From the IMG/VR virus record IMGVR_UViG_3300042882_000899, positions 1 through 64,000 of that record: a stretch of DNA of 64,000 nt. One strand, written 5' to 3'. How positions within the stretch are numbered: the stretch's first letter is position 1; every line of letters begins with the position of its first letter. Positions 10,589 through 19,318 of this stretch are shown piece by piece. Below the pieces are notes generated by a model. It was not told the DNA's origin. It worked only from the letters and a program-made list of their open reading frames with translations, and made no database searches. The position numbers were made by a program, and so were the translations under genes. Origin of the DNA: a virus.

Positions 10589-11168
10589 CAGTCCAATAAA
10601 TCTAACCAACTTTGAGATACTTGGAGAAAGAATCTATGTCTATAAAAATTTTATATCTGAGTCTGAGATTAATGAGGTTTTAGCAGAGGTAAAAAATGTT
10701 GAAGACTGGTATGTTGGTGAATATTTTACAAACACAATGGCAACATATAACACAAAGACTGTTGACTACCTAAGAGAAAGAATACAAAACCTTCTAGACG
10801 ACACTCATTTTGCATCAGCCTCAAGCCATGTAGTTAGAATGGTTGAGGGTAACACGTGGGGCGCTCACTCAGATGTTCATGATTTTGAAGAAATTGAGGA
10901 ATTAGCTAAACAGTATGAAGAAGGCGAAGACTACATAGATAGACAGCTCTCGGTATTTGGAACAATTGTTTATTATCAGCTTCCAAAAGAAGGAGGCGGT
11001 CTTTTCTATACAAAGCAAAATTTAGAGTATAAGCCTTCTCCAGGAGATTTAGTGATACACGGATCAGATGATTATTGTGAGCATGGAGTTAAAGAAGTCC
11101 TAGATGGTGAAAGATACGCCACTTCTGGGTACATATACAAAAATGTAAAGATTAAAAATGGAAATTGA
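10581..11168 (+). CDS. 2OG-Fe(II) oxygenase
   Basis: HSD...GGGL...PGDLVIH...HGV...RY. Confidence 0.8.
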   Translation: MVSSPINLTNFEILGERIYVYKNFISESEINEVLAEVKNVEDWYVGEYFTNTMATYNTKTVDYLRERIQNLLDDTHFASASSHVVRMVEGNTWGAHSDVHDFEEIEELAKQYEEGEDYIDRQLSVFGTIVYYQLPKEGGGLFYTKQNLEYKPSPGDLVIHGSDDYCEHGVKEVLDGERYATSGYIYKNVKIKNGN

Positions 11169-12948
11169 TTTTAATGATATTATCGACATCCTTGACGGCG
11201 AAGAGTTTGACGAAAGGCCAGTGGATCTTGAGACTTTTGTTACAGACAAAAACTATTTAGGTTTACCAGAGCTATCTAATCACCAATACACTCTGATAGA
11301 AAAATCTTCTCAAATTTATAAAGAGTCTACCCTTATAAAATTGTTTGGCGAAGAAGAGGGGTCTCTTAGATACAGGCAAACTTGCAATGAGGTTGTTGCA
11401 CAGTTAGGCAAGGGAAGCGGTAAAGATTATTGCTCCACTATATCTGTAGCTTATATAGTTTATTTACTATTATGCTTAAGAGACCCAGCATCATATTATG
11501 GGAAGCCTCCAGGTGACTCAATTGATATTATTAACATTGCTATTAACGCACAGCAGGCAAACAATGTTTTCTTTAAGGGGTTTAAAAACAGAGTAACACA
11601 CTCACCTTGGTTTGCAGGTAAGTACTTTGAAAAAGCTTCTGAGATAAAGTTTGACAAAAATGTTACTGTATATTCTGGACACTCCGAAAGAGAGGCGTTT
11701 GAGGGGTATAACGTTCTTGTTGCTGTTCTAGATGAAATCTCTGGATTTGCTTTGGACAGCACAAGTGGGCATGATCAGGCTAAGACCGCAAGCGGAATAT
11801 ATGATATGTACAGGGCCTCTGTAGACTCACGTTTTCCAGATTACGGTAAAGTGATATTGCTTTCTTTTCCAAGATTTAAGAATGATTATATACAGCAAAG
11901 ATATGATGAAATAATATCAGAAAAAGAAACAATATTGATGTCTCACAAGTTTAAGCTAGATCCAGATCTGCCAGACAATACAGTTGGCAACGAGTTTGAA
12001 ATATTTTGGGATGAAGATCAGATAATTTCTTATAAATATCCTAGAGTTTATGCAATACGTAGACCAACATGGGAAGTTAATCCTACAAGAAGCATAGAAG
12101 ACTTTAAGATTGCTTTTTATAGAGATGTAACTGATGCTCTAGGAAGATTTGCCTGTATGCCACCAGAAGCAATTGATGCTTTTTTTAAGTCTCGTGAAAA
12201 AATTGAAATGGCGTTTAATGATCTTTCATTAGCCGTAGACGGATTTGGGAGATTTGAAGAGTGGTTTGTTCCTCAAGATGATAAAGACTACTTTATACAT
12301 GTTGACTTAGCTCAAAAGCATGACCATTGTGCAGTGTCCATGGCTCATGTTGAGAAGTGGGTGAGTGTAAAGGTTACAGATACTCATTCTCAACCAGCAC
12401 CAATTGTTAAAGTTGATGCAGTTATGTATTGGACACCAACTTCGGATAAGTCAGTGGATTTTGCTGAAGTCAGAGACTATATATTATCACTAAGGTCCAG
12501 GGGTTTTAATATTAGGCTATGCACATTTGACAGATGGAACTCGCACGATATGATGCAGCAATTAAGACAGTACGGAATTAGCACAGAAACATTGTCTGTG
12601 GCAAAAAAACATTATGATGATATGGCTATGGTAGTTATGGAAGAAAGATTAAACGGTCCGCATATTCCACTTTTAGTTGATGAGTTACTAGAGTTAAGAA
12701 TTATGAGGGACAAGGTAGATCACCCTAGAAAGGGGTCTAAAGACTTGGCGGATGCTGTGTGCGGGTCAATATATAATGCTATCAGCATGACCAGAACGGC
12801 ATTTGGAGATATAGAGGTACACGACTATTCGTCAGTAAAAAAACAGTATAGGGAATCTTTATCTCAAGAAAGCCATAATTTAATTAAAGCCCCATCAGCA
12901 ATGCCAAAAGATCTTTCTGATGCAATAAGTGGAATGGAAATAGTATGA
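11158..12948 (+). CDS. terL: terminase large subunit
   Basis: Walker A GKGSGKD, Walker B VLDE, nuclease HVDLA...D and KDLADA. Confidence 0.9.
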   Translation: MEIDFNDIIDILDGEEFDERPVDLETFVTDKNYLGLPELSNHQYTLIEKSSQIYKESTLIKLFGEEEGSLRYRQTCNEVVAQLGKGSGKDYCSTISVAYIVYLLLCLRDPASYYGKPPGDSIDIINIAINAQQANNVFFKGFKNRVTHSPWFAGKYFEKASEIKFDKNVTVYSGHSEREAFEGYNVLVAVLDEISGFALDSTSGHDQAKTASGIYDMYRASVDSRFPDYGKVILLSFPRFKNDYIQQRYDEIISEKETILMSHKFKLDPDLPDNTVGNEFEIFWDEDQIISYKYPRVYAIRRPTWEVNPTRSIEDFKIAFYRDVTDALGRFACMPPEAIDAFFKSREKIEMAFNDLSLAVDGFGRFEEWFVPQDDKDYFIHVDLAQKHDHCAVSMAHVEKWVSVKVTDTHSQPAPIVKVDAVMYWTPTSDKSVDFAEVRDYILSLRSRGFNIRLCTFDRWNSHDMMQQLRQYGISTETLSVAKKHYDDMAMVVMEERLNGPHIPLLVDELLELRIMRDKVDHPRKGSKDLADAVCGSIYNAISMTRTAFGDIEVHDYSSVKKQYRESLSQESHNLIKAPSAMPKDLSDAISGMEIV

Positions 12949-13193
12949 GTATATACCAAGAAAAAGCAAAGCAATGTAAATGTTGCAGCAAGCACGTACC
13001 ACTGCCTACTAGGCTAAAGGAGTATGACGGCACCCTTGTATGCCCAACTACATTTGATAACATTCATGAATACAAAAGGGTGTGGCTATCTGTTGGTAAA
13101 AGGCCACCAGGAAGCATAAGAAAACATTTTTCTGAGTATGTACAGGATATAGTGGAAAAAACTATTGACAGTATAGACAATGAAATACTATAA
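12945..13193 (+). CDS. hypothetical protein
   Basis: Coupled ORF with Cys motifs. Confidence 0.55.
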   Translation: MSIYQEKAKQCKCCSKHVPLPTRLKEYDGTLVCPTTFDNIHEYKRVWLSVGKRPPGSIRKHFSEYVQDIVEKTIDSIDNEIL

Positions 13194-13202
13194 TATGACT
13201 AG

Positions 13203-13276
13203 GCAACAATAGCTTAGTCGGTTAAAGCCCCGAACTCATAATTCGGTAATCGTAGGTTCAAGTCCTACTTGTTGCA
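13203..13276 (+). tRNA. tRNA with CAT anticodon (Met or Ile2)
   Basis: GCAACAA/TTGTTGC acceptor, CCGAA-CTCATAA-TTCGG arm, GTTCAA T-loop. Confidence 0.85.
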
Positions 13277-13287
13277 CAGGAGGAATA

Positions 13288-13629
13288 ATGTTTAATGACT
13301 TTGATGATGAAGAAGAGATGATGTTAAAAATTCAACATTATTTAGATATCGGCGCCATAAGAATAGTTGGTTTTGCAGAAAATGGTGAGGCAATATTTGA
13401 GTTAAATGAGGAAACAACATCACTTCTGGCGCCAGATCTTTGGCAGGCACATAAAGAGTATGTAGACTCAGAGCTTATTGATTTAATGAATAATGGTCTT
13501 ATGGAAGTTGAATATGATGAAAATCTAAATGCTACATTTAATTTTACGGAAGAAGGATTTAAGATTGCAGAGTCTAAGGGTATTGTACCAATAGAAGATA
13601 TTGAAAGGTTTAATCCGTATGAAAATTAA
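13288..13629 (+). CDS. acidic hypothetical protein
   Basis: AGGAGG SD, ORF. Confidence 0.7.
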   Translation: MFNDFDDEEEMMLKIQHYLDIGAIRIVGFAENGEAIFELNEETTSLLAPDLWQAHKEYVDSELIDLMNNGLMEVEYDENLNATFNFTEEGFKIAESKGIVPIEDIERFNPYEN

Positions 13630-13717
13630 AATAGAGTATTATGTTTATAAAATTTATTCTTATATAAGAAAAAAAATAGTAAAGCCTAAAAGAGACAAGG
13701 AAGACTTTATTTACTAA
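13619..13717 (+). CDS. 32-aa peptide ending DFIY, coupled to the carbamoyltransferase
   Basis: MKIKIEYYVYKIYSYIRKKIVKPKRDKEDFIY; TAATG overlap. Confidence 0.45.
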   Translation: MKIKIEYYVYKIYSYIRKKIVKPKRDKEDFIY

Positions 13718-15144
13718 TGATAATTCTTGGAATTAACGAAACATCTCACGACGCTTCAATATCCTTAATCAAAGATGGAGAAATACTTTTTGCGGGGCAT
13801 GCAGAAAGATATAGCAAAAAGAAAAATGATTGGTACAACAACAAAAACATATATTTTGATATGCTTAACTATGGCACTCCAACACATATAGCATACTATG
13901 AGCATCCCCAACTCAAAAGATCACGAATACTATTAAGAGGTGGATCAGCCGACTGGAAGCCCAACATTCCAATGAATCTTCCAATTAAATACTTTAATCA
14001 TCACTACTCTCATGCCTGTGCTGGATACTATACAAGTAAATTTAATGATGCATGTATTGTTGTGCTTGATGCAATAGGTGAATACAATACCTCCACAATT
14101 TGGGTTGGAGAAGGAGATAAAATTAGATTAAAGTATAAGCAGAACTATCCAGTTAGTTTTGGTTTATTCTATTCTGCATTTACAAAACTAATTGGGCTTA
14201 TGCCAAACCAAGAAGAGTACATAATGATGGGTATGGCAGCCTATGGAGACTGGAGAAGATATTATAAAGAGGTTAATGAGTATTTTCCATCATACTCAAA
14301 ACAAAAATATAATTTTCACAAAGGTATAGATGACTGGGGAATTGTAATTACTGAGCAAGACAGGTTTGATATAGCTGCAGCAGTGCAAATGGTTTATCAG
14401 CAGAGGCTAAATGATTTTATGCACATGGCCCATTCGGTTACTGGCAAAAGTAATTTGGTGTTCATGGGAGGGTGTGCGCTTAATTCATCTGCAAACACAA
14501 TTCTTTGGAATATATTTAACATGGTGTGGATTATGCCAAATCCAGGAGATGCTGGTAGCTCTTTAGGAGCAGCAGCAGCACTGTATGGAAAGCACATTAG
14601 CTGGAAAAACCCTTACCTAGGATATGATTTAGGCGGAGAGTATCCAGTTCAGAAAATTGTTGATGGAATATTAAAGGATGGAATTGTGGCGGTGGCAACA
14701 GGAAGAGCTGAATATGGCCCAAGGGCTTTAGGAAACAGATCAATACTGGCAGACCCAAGAGATCCAGATATTAAAAACAAAGTTAACTTAATCAAACAAA
14801 GGGAATTGTTTAGGCCATTTGCTCCAGTAGTAATGGAAGAATATGCATCAGAGTGGTTTGACATGGATTTCCCAAGCCCATATATGCAGTATACTGTTAA
14901 GTGTTTAAAGCCAGATAAGATTCCATCGGTTGTGCATGCAGATGGAACATCAAGGGTTCAAACAGTAAATAGAGATCAGCATAGAGGTCTTTACAGGGTT
15001 TTAAATAAGTTTTATCTAGAAACTGGAGTACCAGTACTTTTAAATACAAGCTTAAACATAAAGGGCCAACCATTATTAAATGATGAACCTGATATAATTG
15101 CATGGGAAAATGAATATAATTTTAAGATATTGAGGGGAGACTAA
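13717..15144 (+). CDS. carbamoyltransferase (NodU/CmcH family)
   Basis: SHDAS, HHYSHA, GGCALN, EYGPRALGNRSIL, LNTSLN. Confidence 0.93.
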   Translation: MIILGINETSHDASISLIKDGEILFAGHAERYSKKKNDWYNNKNIYFDMLNYGTPTHIAYYEHPQLKRSRILLRGGSADWKPNIPMNLPIKYFNHHYSHACAGYYTSKFNDACIVVLDAIGEYNTSTIWVGEGDKIRLKYKQNYPVSFGLFYSAFTKLIGLMPNQEEYIMMGMAAYGDWRRYYKEVNEYFPSYSKQKYNFHKGIDDWGIVITEQDRFDIAAAVQMVYQQRLNDFMHMAHSVTGKSNLVFMGGCALNSSANTILWNIFNMVWIMPNPGDAGSSLGAAAALYGKHISWKNPYLGYDLGGEYPVQKIVDGILKDGIVAVATGRAEYGPRALGNRSILADPRDPDIKNKVNLIKQRELFRPFAPVVMEEYASEWFDMDFPSPYMQYTVKCLKPDKIPSVVHADGTSRVQTVNRDQHRGLYRVLNKFYLETGVPVLLNTSLNIKGQPLLNDEPDIIAWENEYNFKILRGD

Positions 15145-16236
15145 GTGGATTTAAATAAAAAAAACATTACATCGGCATCTTGGAGTTCAGACCCAATGGT
15201 TTATGTTGCTCTTTCTGCATTTAGAAGTTTAATAGAAAGAAGCAGGTATGGAGATTATTCCATTCAAAACCCTGATGATAATGAAATTTATTATGATTCT
15301 CGTGAAAATAAAAAAACTCTGCACTCCCCGTATATTAAAAATTTTTTAAACGATTATGATAAAAAAGAAATGTCTGTGCTTGCAGCTAAAAATGATTTTA
15401 AGGAGATAGATAAACATCAATACGAGCACTTGGGTGAAAAAGTAGATATTGAATACAGATTTAACAATATTGGATTTAGAGGACCAGACGTTAATGGAGA
15501 AGAAGATTTTATTGCAATTGGCTGCTCTCAAACATTCGGTTACTCACTGCCAGAAGAATTTACTTGGCCAGCTCAGATTGCAAAACTACATAAATCTAAT
15601 GTTGTTAATCTAGGCTTTAACGGTGATAGCGCAAAGGGCGCAATACTTAAAGCAATTGCGTATATAGAGCAGTTTGGAAAGCCGAAAGCTGTATTTGCCT
15701 GCTTCCCATTAAGAAGATCTGAGCATTTTGCTGTCCCCGAAATAAATTTTTTTAAATCTAATCGTGAAGTTGCTGGACCATTTAACTCTATGATTTTAAA
15801 AAATAATAATAAAGTTATATCGAAAGCCCCTCATGATTTTGATGAAGTAAATTCCGTTGAGGATCAGGTATTTGACACATACTGCATGATTAATATTTTT
15901 GATAAATATTGCAAAGAAGCAGGAATCAAATTTATTTGGACTGGGTGGGAGACTATGTTTGAATCCAATAGAATTCATTCAGTAATAAATAATCATACCA
16001 AGGGATTCTTTTTTATGAATAATATGAGTGATCTAAATTATGATAAAAGTATTTCATGTCATACAGAGTATTTAGACCACCCATTATTTCACTACGCCGC
16101 TGATGCAACAGTATCTAAAGATAATCCTAAAGACGTTAATGGCCATAAAGGAATACACTGGAATATACATATGGCAGAAAAGTGTTATTCTGAATATTTA
16201 AATGCAGTAGCTATTGATAATTCTTTAAGTAAATAG
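15145..16236 (+). CDS. SGNH-hydrolase-like protein
   Basis: N..GFRG, GCSQTFG, VNLG, late GH. Confidence 0.55.
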   Translation: MDLNKKNITSASWSSDPMVYVALSAFRSLIERSRYGDYSIQNPDDNEIYYDSRENKKTLHSPYIKNFLNDYDKKEMSVLAAKNDFKEIDKHQYEHLGEKVDIEYRFNNIGFRGPDVNGEEDFIAIGCSQTFGYSLPEEFTWPAQIAKLHKSNVVNLGFNGDSAKGAILKAIAYIEQFGKPKAVFACFPLRRSEHFAVPEINFFKSNREVAGPFNSMILKNNNKVISKAPHDFDEVNSVEDQVFDTYCMINIFDKYCKEAGIKFIWTGWETMFESNRIHSVINNHTKGFFFMNNMSDLNYDKSISCHTEYLDHPLFHYAADATVSKDNPKDVNGHKGIHWNIHMAEKCYSEYLNAVAIDNSLSK

Positions 16237-16250
16237 TATACTATTAATAT

Positions 16251-16322
16251 ACCTCTGTAGCTCAGAGGAAGAGCAACAGACTTCTAATCTGTTGGCCGCT
16301 GGTTCGAATCCAGCCAGGGGTG
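16251..16322 (+). tRNA. tRNA-Arg(TCT)
   Basis: Cloverleaf, ACAGA-CTTCTAA-TCTGT, GGTTCGAATCC. Confidence 0.9.
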
Positions 16323-16359
16323 CGATACAAAGTATCATCACTTATATATAAGGAGAAAC

Positions 16360-16896
16360 ATGAAAACCGTAGGAGATAAGATCGGCAACTTTGCCGTTGT
16401 TGGAGTTAAGCCTGGGGCATTGTCGTATGACGAAGCTTCATTTGAAACAATTACGCAAGAATCTTTCCCAGGAAAATGGAAGATTATTGCATTTTATCCA
16501 AAAGACTTTACATTTGTATGCCCAACAGAAATTGTTGCATATGATGCTTTAGTAAATGATTTTAATGATAGAGATGCAGTTCTAATGACTGGATCCGTAG
16601 ATAATGAATTTTGTAAAATTGCATGGCGAAATGCACACGATGATCTAAAGAAGACAAACTCATGGTCATTTGCCGACACAGCTCATCAGCTGGCAAGCGA
16701 CCTAGGAGTGCATCACTCTTCTGGTGTAACATACCGTGCAACATTTATTGTTGATCCTGACAATATTATTCAACATGTAACCGTTAACAACCTAGATGTT
16801 GGTCGCAATCCAGATGAAACACTTCGTGTTCTAGATGCACTACAAACAGGAGAGCTATGTGCATGCAATAGATCACTAGGTGGAGAAACTCTATAA
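16360..16896 (+). CDS. ahpC: peroxiredoxin AhpC
   Basis: FYPKDFTFVCPTE, GRN, LCAC. Confidence 0.95.
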   Translation: MKTVGDKIGNFAVVGVKPGALSYDEASFETITQESFPGKWKIIAFYPKDFTFVCPTEIVAYDALVNDFNDRDAVLMTGSVDNEFCKIAWRNAHDDLKKTNSWSFADTAHQLASDLGVHHSSGVTYRATFIVDPDNIIQHVTVNNLDVGRNPDETLRVLDALQTGELCACNRSLGGETL

Positions 16897-17408
16897 TGTC
16901 ATGGGTGGATCAGCTTAAGGATTCTCTTCCAGAGTATGCAAAAGATATTAAGTTAAATCTGGACGCTGTTATTAATAGGTCCACTATTGACCCAGAGCAT
17001 GCTACATATCTTTCAATTGCAGCAGCATTTGCAACTGGAAACGCTAAACTTCTTGCATTTATAGTTGCAAGCGCAACAGATGAAGTTGAAAAGAATGCAG
17101 CCCTTACGGCAGGCGCCATAATGGCACAAAATAATACTTGGTATCCTTTTATTGAAATGGCTGACGATGCTAATCTTAAGGGATTACCAGCACAGCTTAG
17201 AATGAATGCTATATCATCTCATGGCGGTACAACAAAAGGGAAGTTTGAAGCATATTCTTTAGCATCATCAATAGTTGGCAAGTGTCATTTTTGTGTTAAA
17301 GCACATTATGAGACATTAAAAGAAGAAGGATATAGTGTTGAGCAGTTGCGTGATATCGGAAGAATTGCAGCAACAATTAACGCATTGTCCAAAATCTTGT
17401 CAGCCTAA
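16896..17408 (+). CDS. ahpD: alkylhydroperoxidase AhpD
   Basis: LPEYAKDIKLNL, MAQNN, CHFCVKAH; follows ahpC. Confidence 0.93.
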   Translation: MSWVDQLKDSLPEYAKDIKLNLDAVINRSTIDPEHATYLSIAAAFATGNAKLLAFIVASATDEVEKNAALTAGAIMAQNNTWYPFIEMADDANLKGLPAQLRMNAISSHGGTTKGKFEAYSLASSIVGKCHFCVKAHYETLKEEGYSVEQLRDIGRIAATINALSKILSA

Positions 17409-17414
17409 ACTTAT

Positions 17415-17440
17415 TTCCTTGGCATGAATTAAAACTGCCA
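17415..17440 (+). ncRNA. 3'-UTR H-type pseudoknot motif, copy 1 of 4
   Basis: TTC-CTTGGCAT-GAA-TTAAAAC-TGCCA. Confidence 0.55.
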
Positions 17441-17445
17441 GATTT

Positions 17446-17518
17446 GTTCCTATAGCTCAGTTGGTAGAGCAGCAGACTTTTAATCTGCGGGTCGTAGGAT
17501 CGATACCTACTGGGGACA
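17446..17518 (+). tRNA. tRNA-Lys(TTT)
   Basis: GCAGA-CTTTTAA-TCTGC; atypical T-loop ATCGATA. Confidence 0.85.
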
Positions 17519-17598
17519 CCTTGTTTGCAATATGATATAATTGATATAGGCTGCCGATTGGGGCCTAAATTAACTTATTCGCTTGAAAGGGGAATAAA

Positions 17599-18015
17599 AT
17601 GGTAACACAATTTGCTATGGATCTATTCAAAGATCCATTTTTTATTGGCTTTAACAGAGAGTTGGAGCGTTTCAATAGTCTTAGTAAGGTAAATAATACT
17701 GCATTCCCGCCGTATGATTTGCTAAAGCTAGACGAAGACAACTATCAGTTAACGCTGGCAGTTGCTGGATTCACCAGAGAAGATCTAACTGTATCAATAG
17801 AGGACGGAAGTCTTTGGATTACAGGTGAGATTACAGAAGTAACAGATGCAGAAGTTGTCCATAAGGGAATTGCTGCACGTAAGTTCACAAGAATCTTTGA
17901 ACTAAGTGAATACATGGAAGTTTCTAGCGTAGAACTAAAAGACGGAATGTTAAATATCCGTGTTATTAGAAATCTACCAAAAGAAAAACAACCAAAAATT
18001 CTAAAAATTAAATAA
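17599..18015 (+). CDS. small heat-shock protein Hsp20
   Basis: FPPYD, AVAGF, HKGIAARKF, DGML. Confidence 0.93.
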   Translation: MVTQFAMDLFKDPFFIGFNRELERFNSLSKVNNTAFPPYDLLKLDEDNYQLTLAVAGFTREDLTVSIEDGSLWITGEITEVTDAEVVHKGIAARKFTRIFELSEYMEVSSVELKDGMLNIRVIRNLPKEKQPKILKIK

Positions 18016-18021
18016 AAGTGA

Positions 18022-18047
18022 GACCTGGGTATGTCCAAAAACTGCCC
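18022..18047 (+). ncRNA. 3'-UTR pseudoknot motif, copy 2
   Basis: GAC-CTGGGTAT-GTC-CAAAAAC-TGCCC. Confidence 0.55.
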
Positions 18048-18065
18048 TCTAACAGAGAGATTGAT

Positions 18066-18827
18066 ATGATTATTCAAATTATTGGGCTACCAGGTTCTGG
18101 AAAGACGGAGTTAGCAAAAGCATTAAAGGAAAGAATTAACGCCATTCATCTTAACGCAGATGAAGTACGTGCAACAGTAAACTCTGATTTAAGTTTTACC
18201 CCAGAGGATAGAATTGAGCAGGCAAGACGCATGGGTGAGATGGCTCGCTTAATTGCTAAGCAAGGAGTTGCACCAGTTATTGTAGATTTTGTATGTCCAA
18301 CTGACATTACTCGTGCAGCATTTGGCAAGCCAGATATATTTGTATTTATGGACACTCTTGCTGAAGGTCGTTTTGAAGACACAAACAAAATGTTTGAGCG
18401 ACCAACAGAGTTTGATGTATCATTTATTAGCCATAACTTAGATGCTGAAGCAAAGGCGTCTCATATTATTGACAAGTTCCGCCTGCACGATTGGTCAGCT
18501 CCAACAACTTTAATGCTGGGCAGATATCAACCATGGCATGAGGGACACCATGCACTATATAAAGAGGCGGGAAAGAGAACAGATCAAGTCCTACTTGGAG
18601 TACGCAATACATACAATACAAGTGAGAAAGATCCTCTCAAGTTTGATCAGGTAAAAGAATACATTGCTAAAGATGAATTTATGGATGGCGCATTAGTGCT
18701 AAGACTTCCTAATATTACTAACATTGTATATGGTCGTGATGTAGGGTATAAGATTGAGCAAGTAGATTTGGGGGCAGACATTCATGCTATATCGGCTACG
18801 CAAAAACGTAAAGAAATGGGCATCTAA
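18066..18827 (+). CDS. APS-kinase-like P-loop domain fused to a HIGH-motif nucleotidyltransferase
   Basis: GLPGSGKT, LNADEVR, DLSFTPEDRIEQ, FERP; then GRYQPWHEGH...ISATQKR. Confidence 0.8.
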   Translation: MIIQIIGLPGSGKTELAKALKERINAIHLNADEVRATVNSDLSFTPEDRIEQARRMGEMARLIAKQGVAPVIVDFVCPTDITRAAFGKPDIFVFMDTLAEGRFEDTNKMFERPTEFDVSFISHNLDAEAKASHIIDKFRLHDWSAPTTLMLGRYQPWHEGHHALYKEAGKRTDQVLLGVRNTYNTSEKDPLKFDQVKEYIAKDEFMDGALVLRLPNITNIVYGRDVGYKIEQVDLGADIHAISATQKRKEMGI

Positions 18828-18866
18828 GTTTTTTAAAAAGATGAATAAGCCAGTTAATAATTACGA

Positions 18867-19079
18867 GTGGCCAGCATGAACGTATCTAAACAAAGATCAG
18901 CACTCAAGGCTATAACATGGCGTATAATTGGAACAGCTGACACCTTCGCTATATCTTGGATAATAACAAAGGAACCAGTTACTGCAGGTGCAATAGCGAG
19001 CTTTGAGGTATTTACAAAAACAATACTTTATTATTTTCATGAGCGTGGCTGGAACAAAGTAAAGTGGGGCAGAAAGTAA
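18867..19079 (+). CDS. DUF2061 membrane protein
   Basis: RS.LKAITWR...YYFHERGW. Confidence 0.8.
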   Translation: MASMNVSKQRSALKAITWRIIGTADTFAISWIITKEPVTAGAIASFEVFTKTILYYFHERGWNKVKWGRK

Positions 19080-19267
19080 TGCCAGTATACGAATATAAAT
19101 GCTCATACGATGAAGCACATGCAACTATGTCAGTACATAGATCAATTAAAGATGATGATCCAGGTTACACATGTGTTGAATGTGAATCAGTAATGATAAG
19201 ACATTTCACACCATTTGGTATACAATTTAAAGGTAATGGCTTTTATAAAACAGATAATCCCAAATAG
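19079..19267 (+). CDS. FmdB-family Zn-ribbon protein
   Basis: MPVYEYKC...CxxC...FKGNGFYKTD. Confidence 0.85.
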   Translation: MPVYEYKCSYDEAHATMSVHRSIKDDDPGYTCVECESVMIRHFTPFGIQFKGNGFYKTDNPK

Positions 19268-19318
19268 TTAAAGTGGTATAATTACTATGTAACAAAATAT
19301 GTTATGTAGGAGTTATAG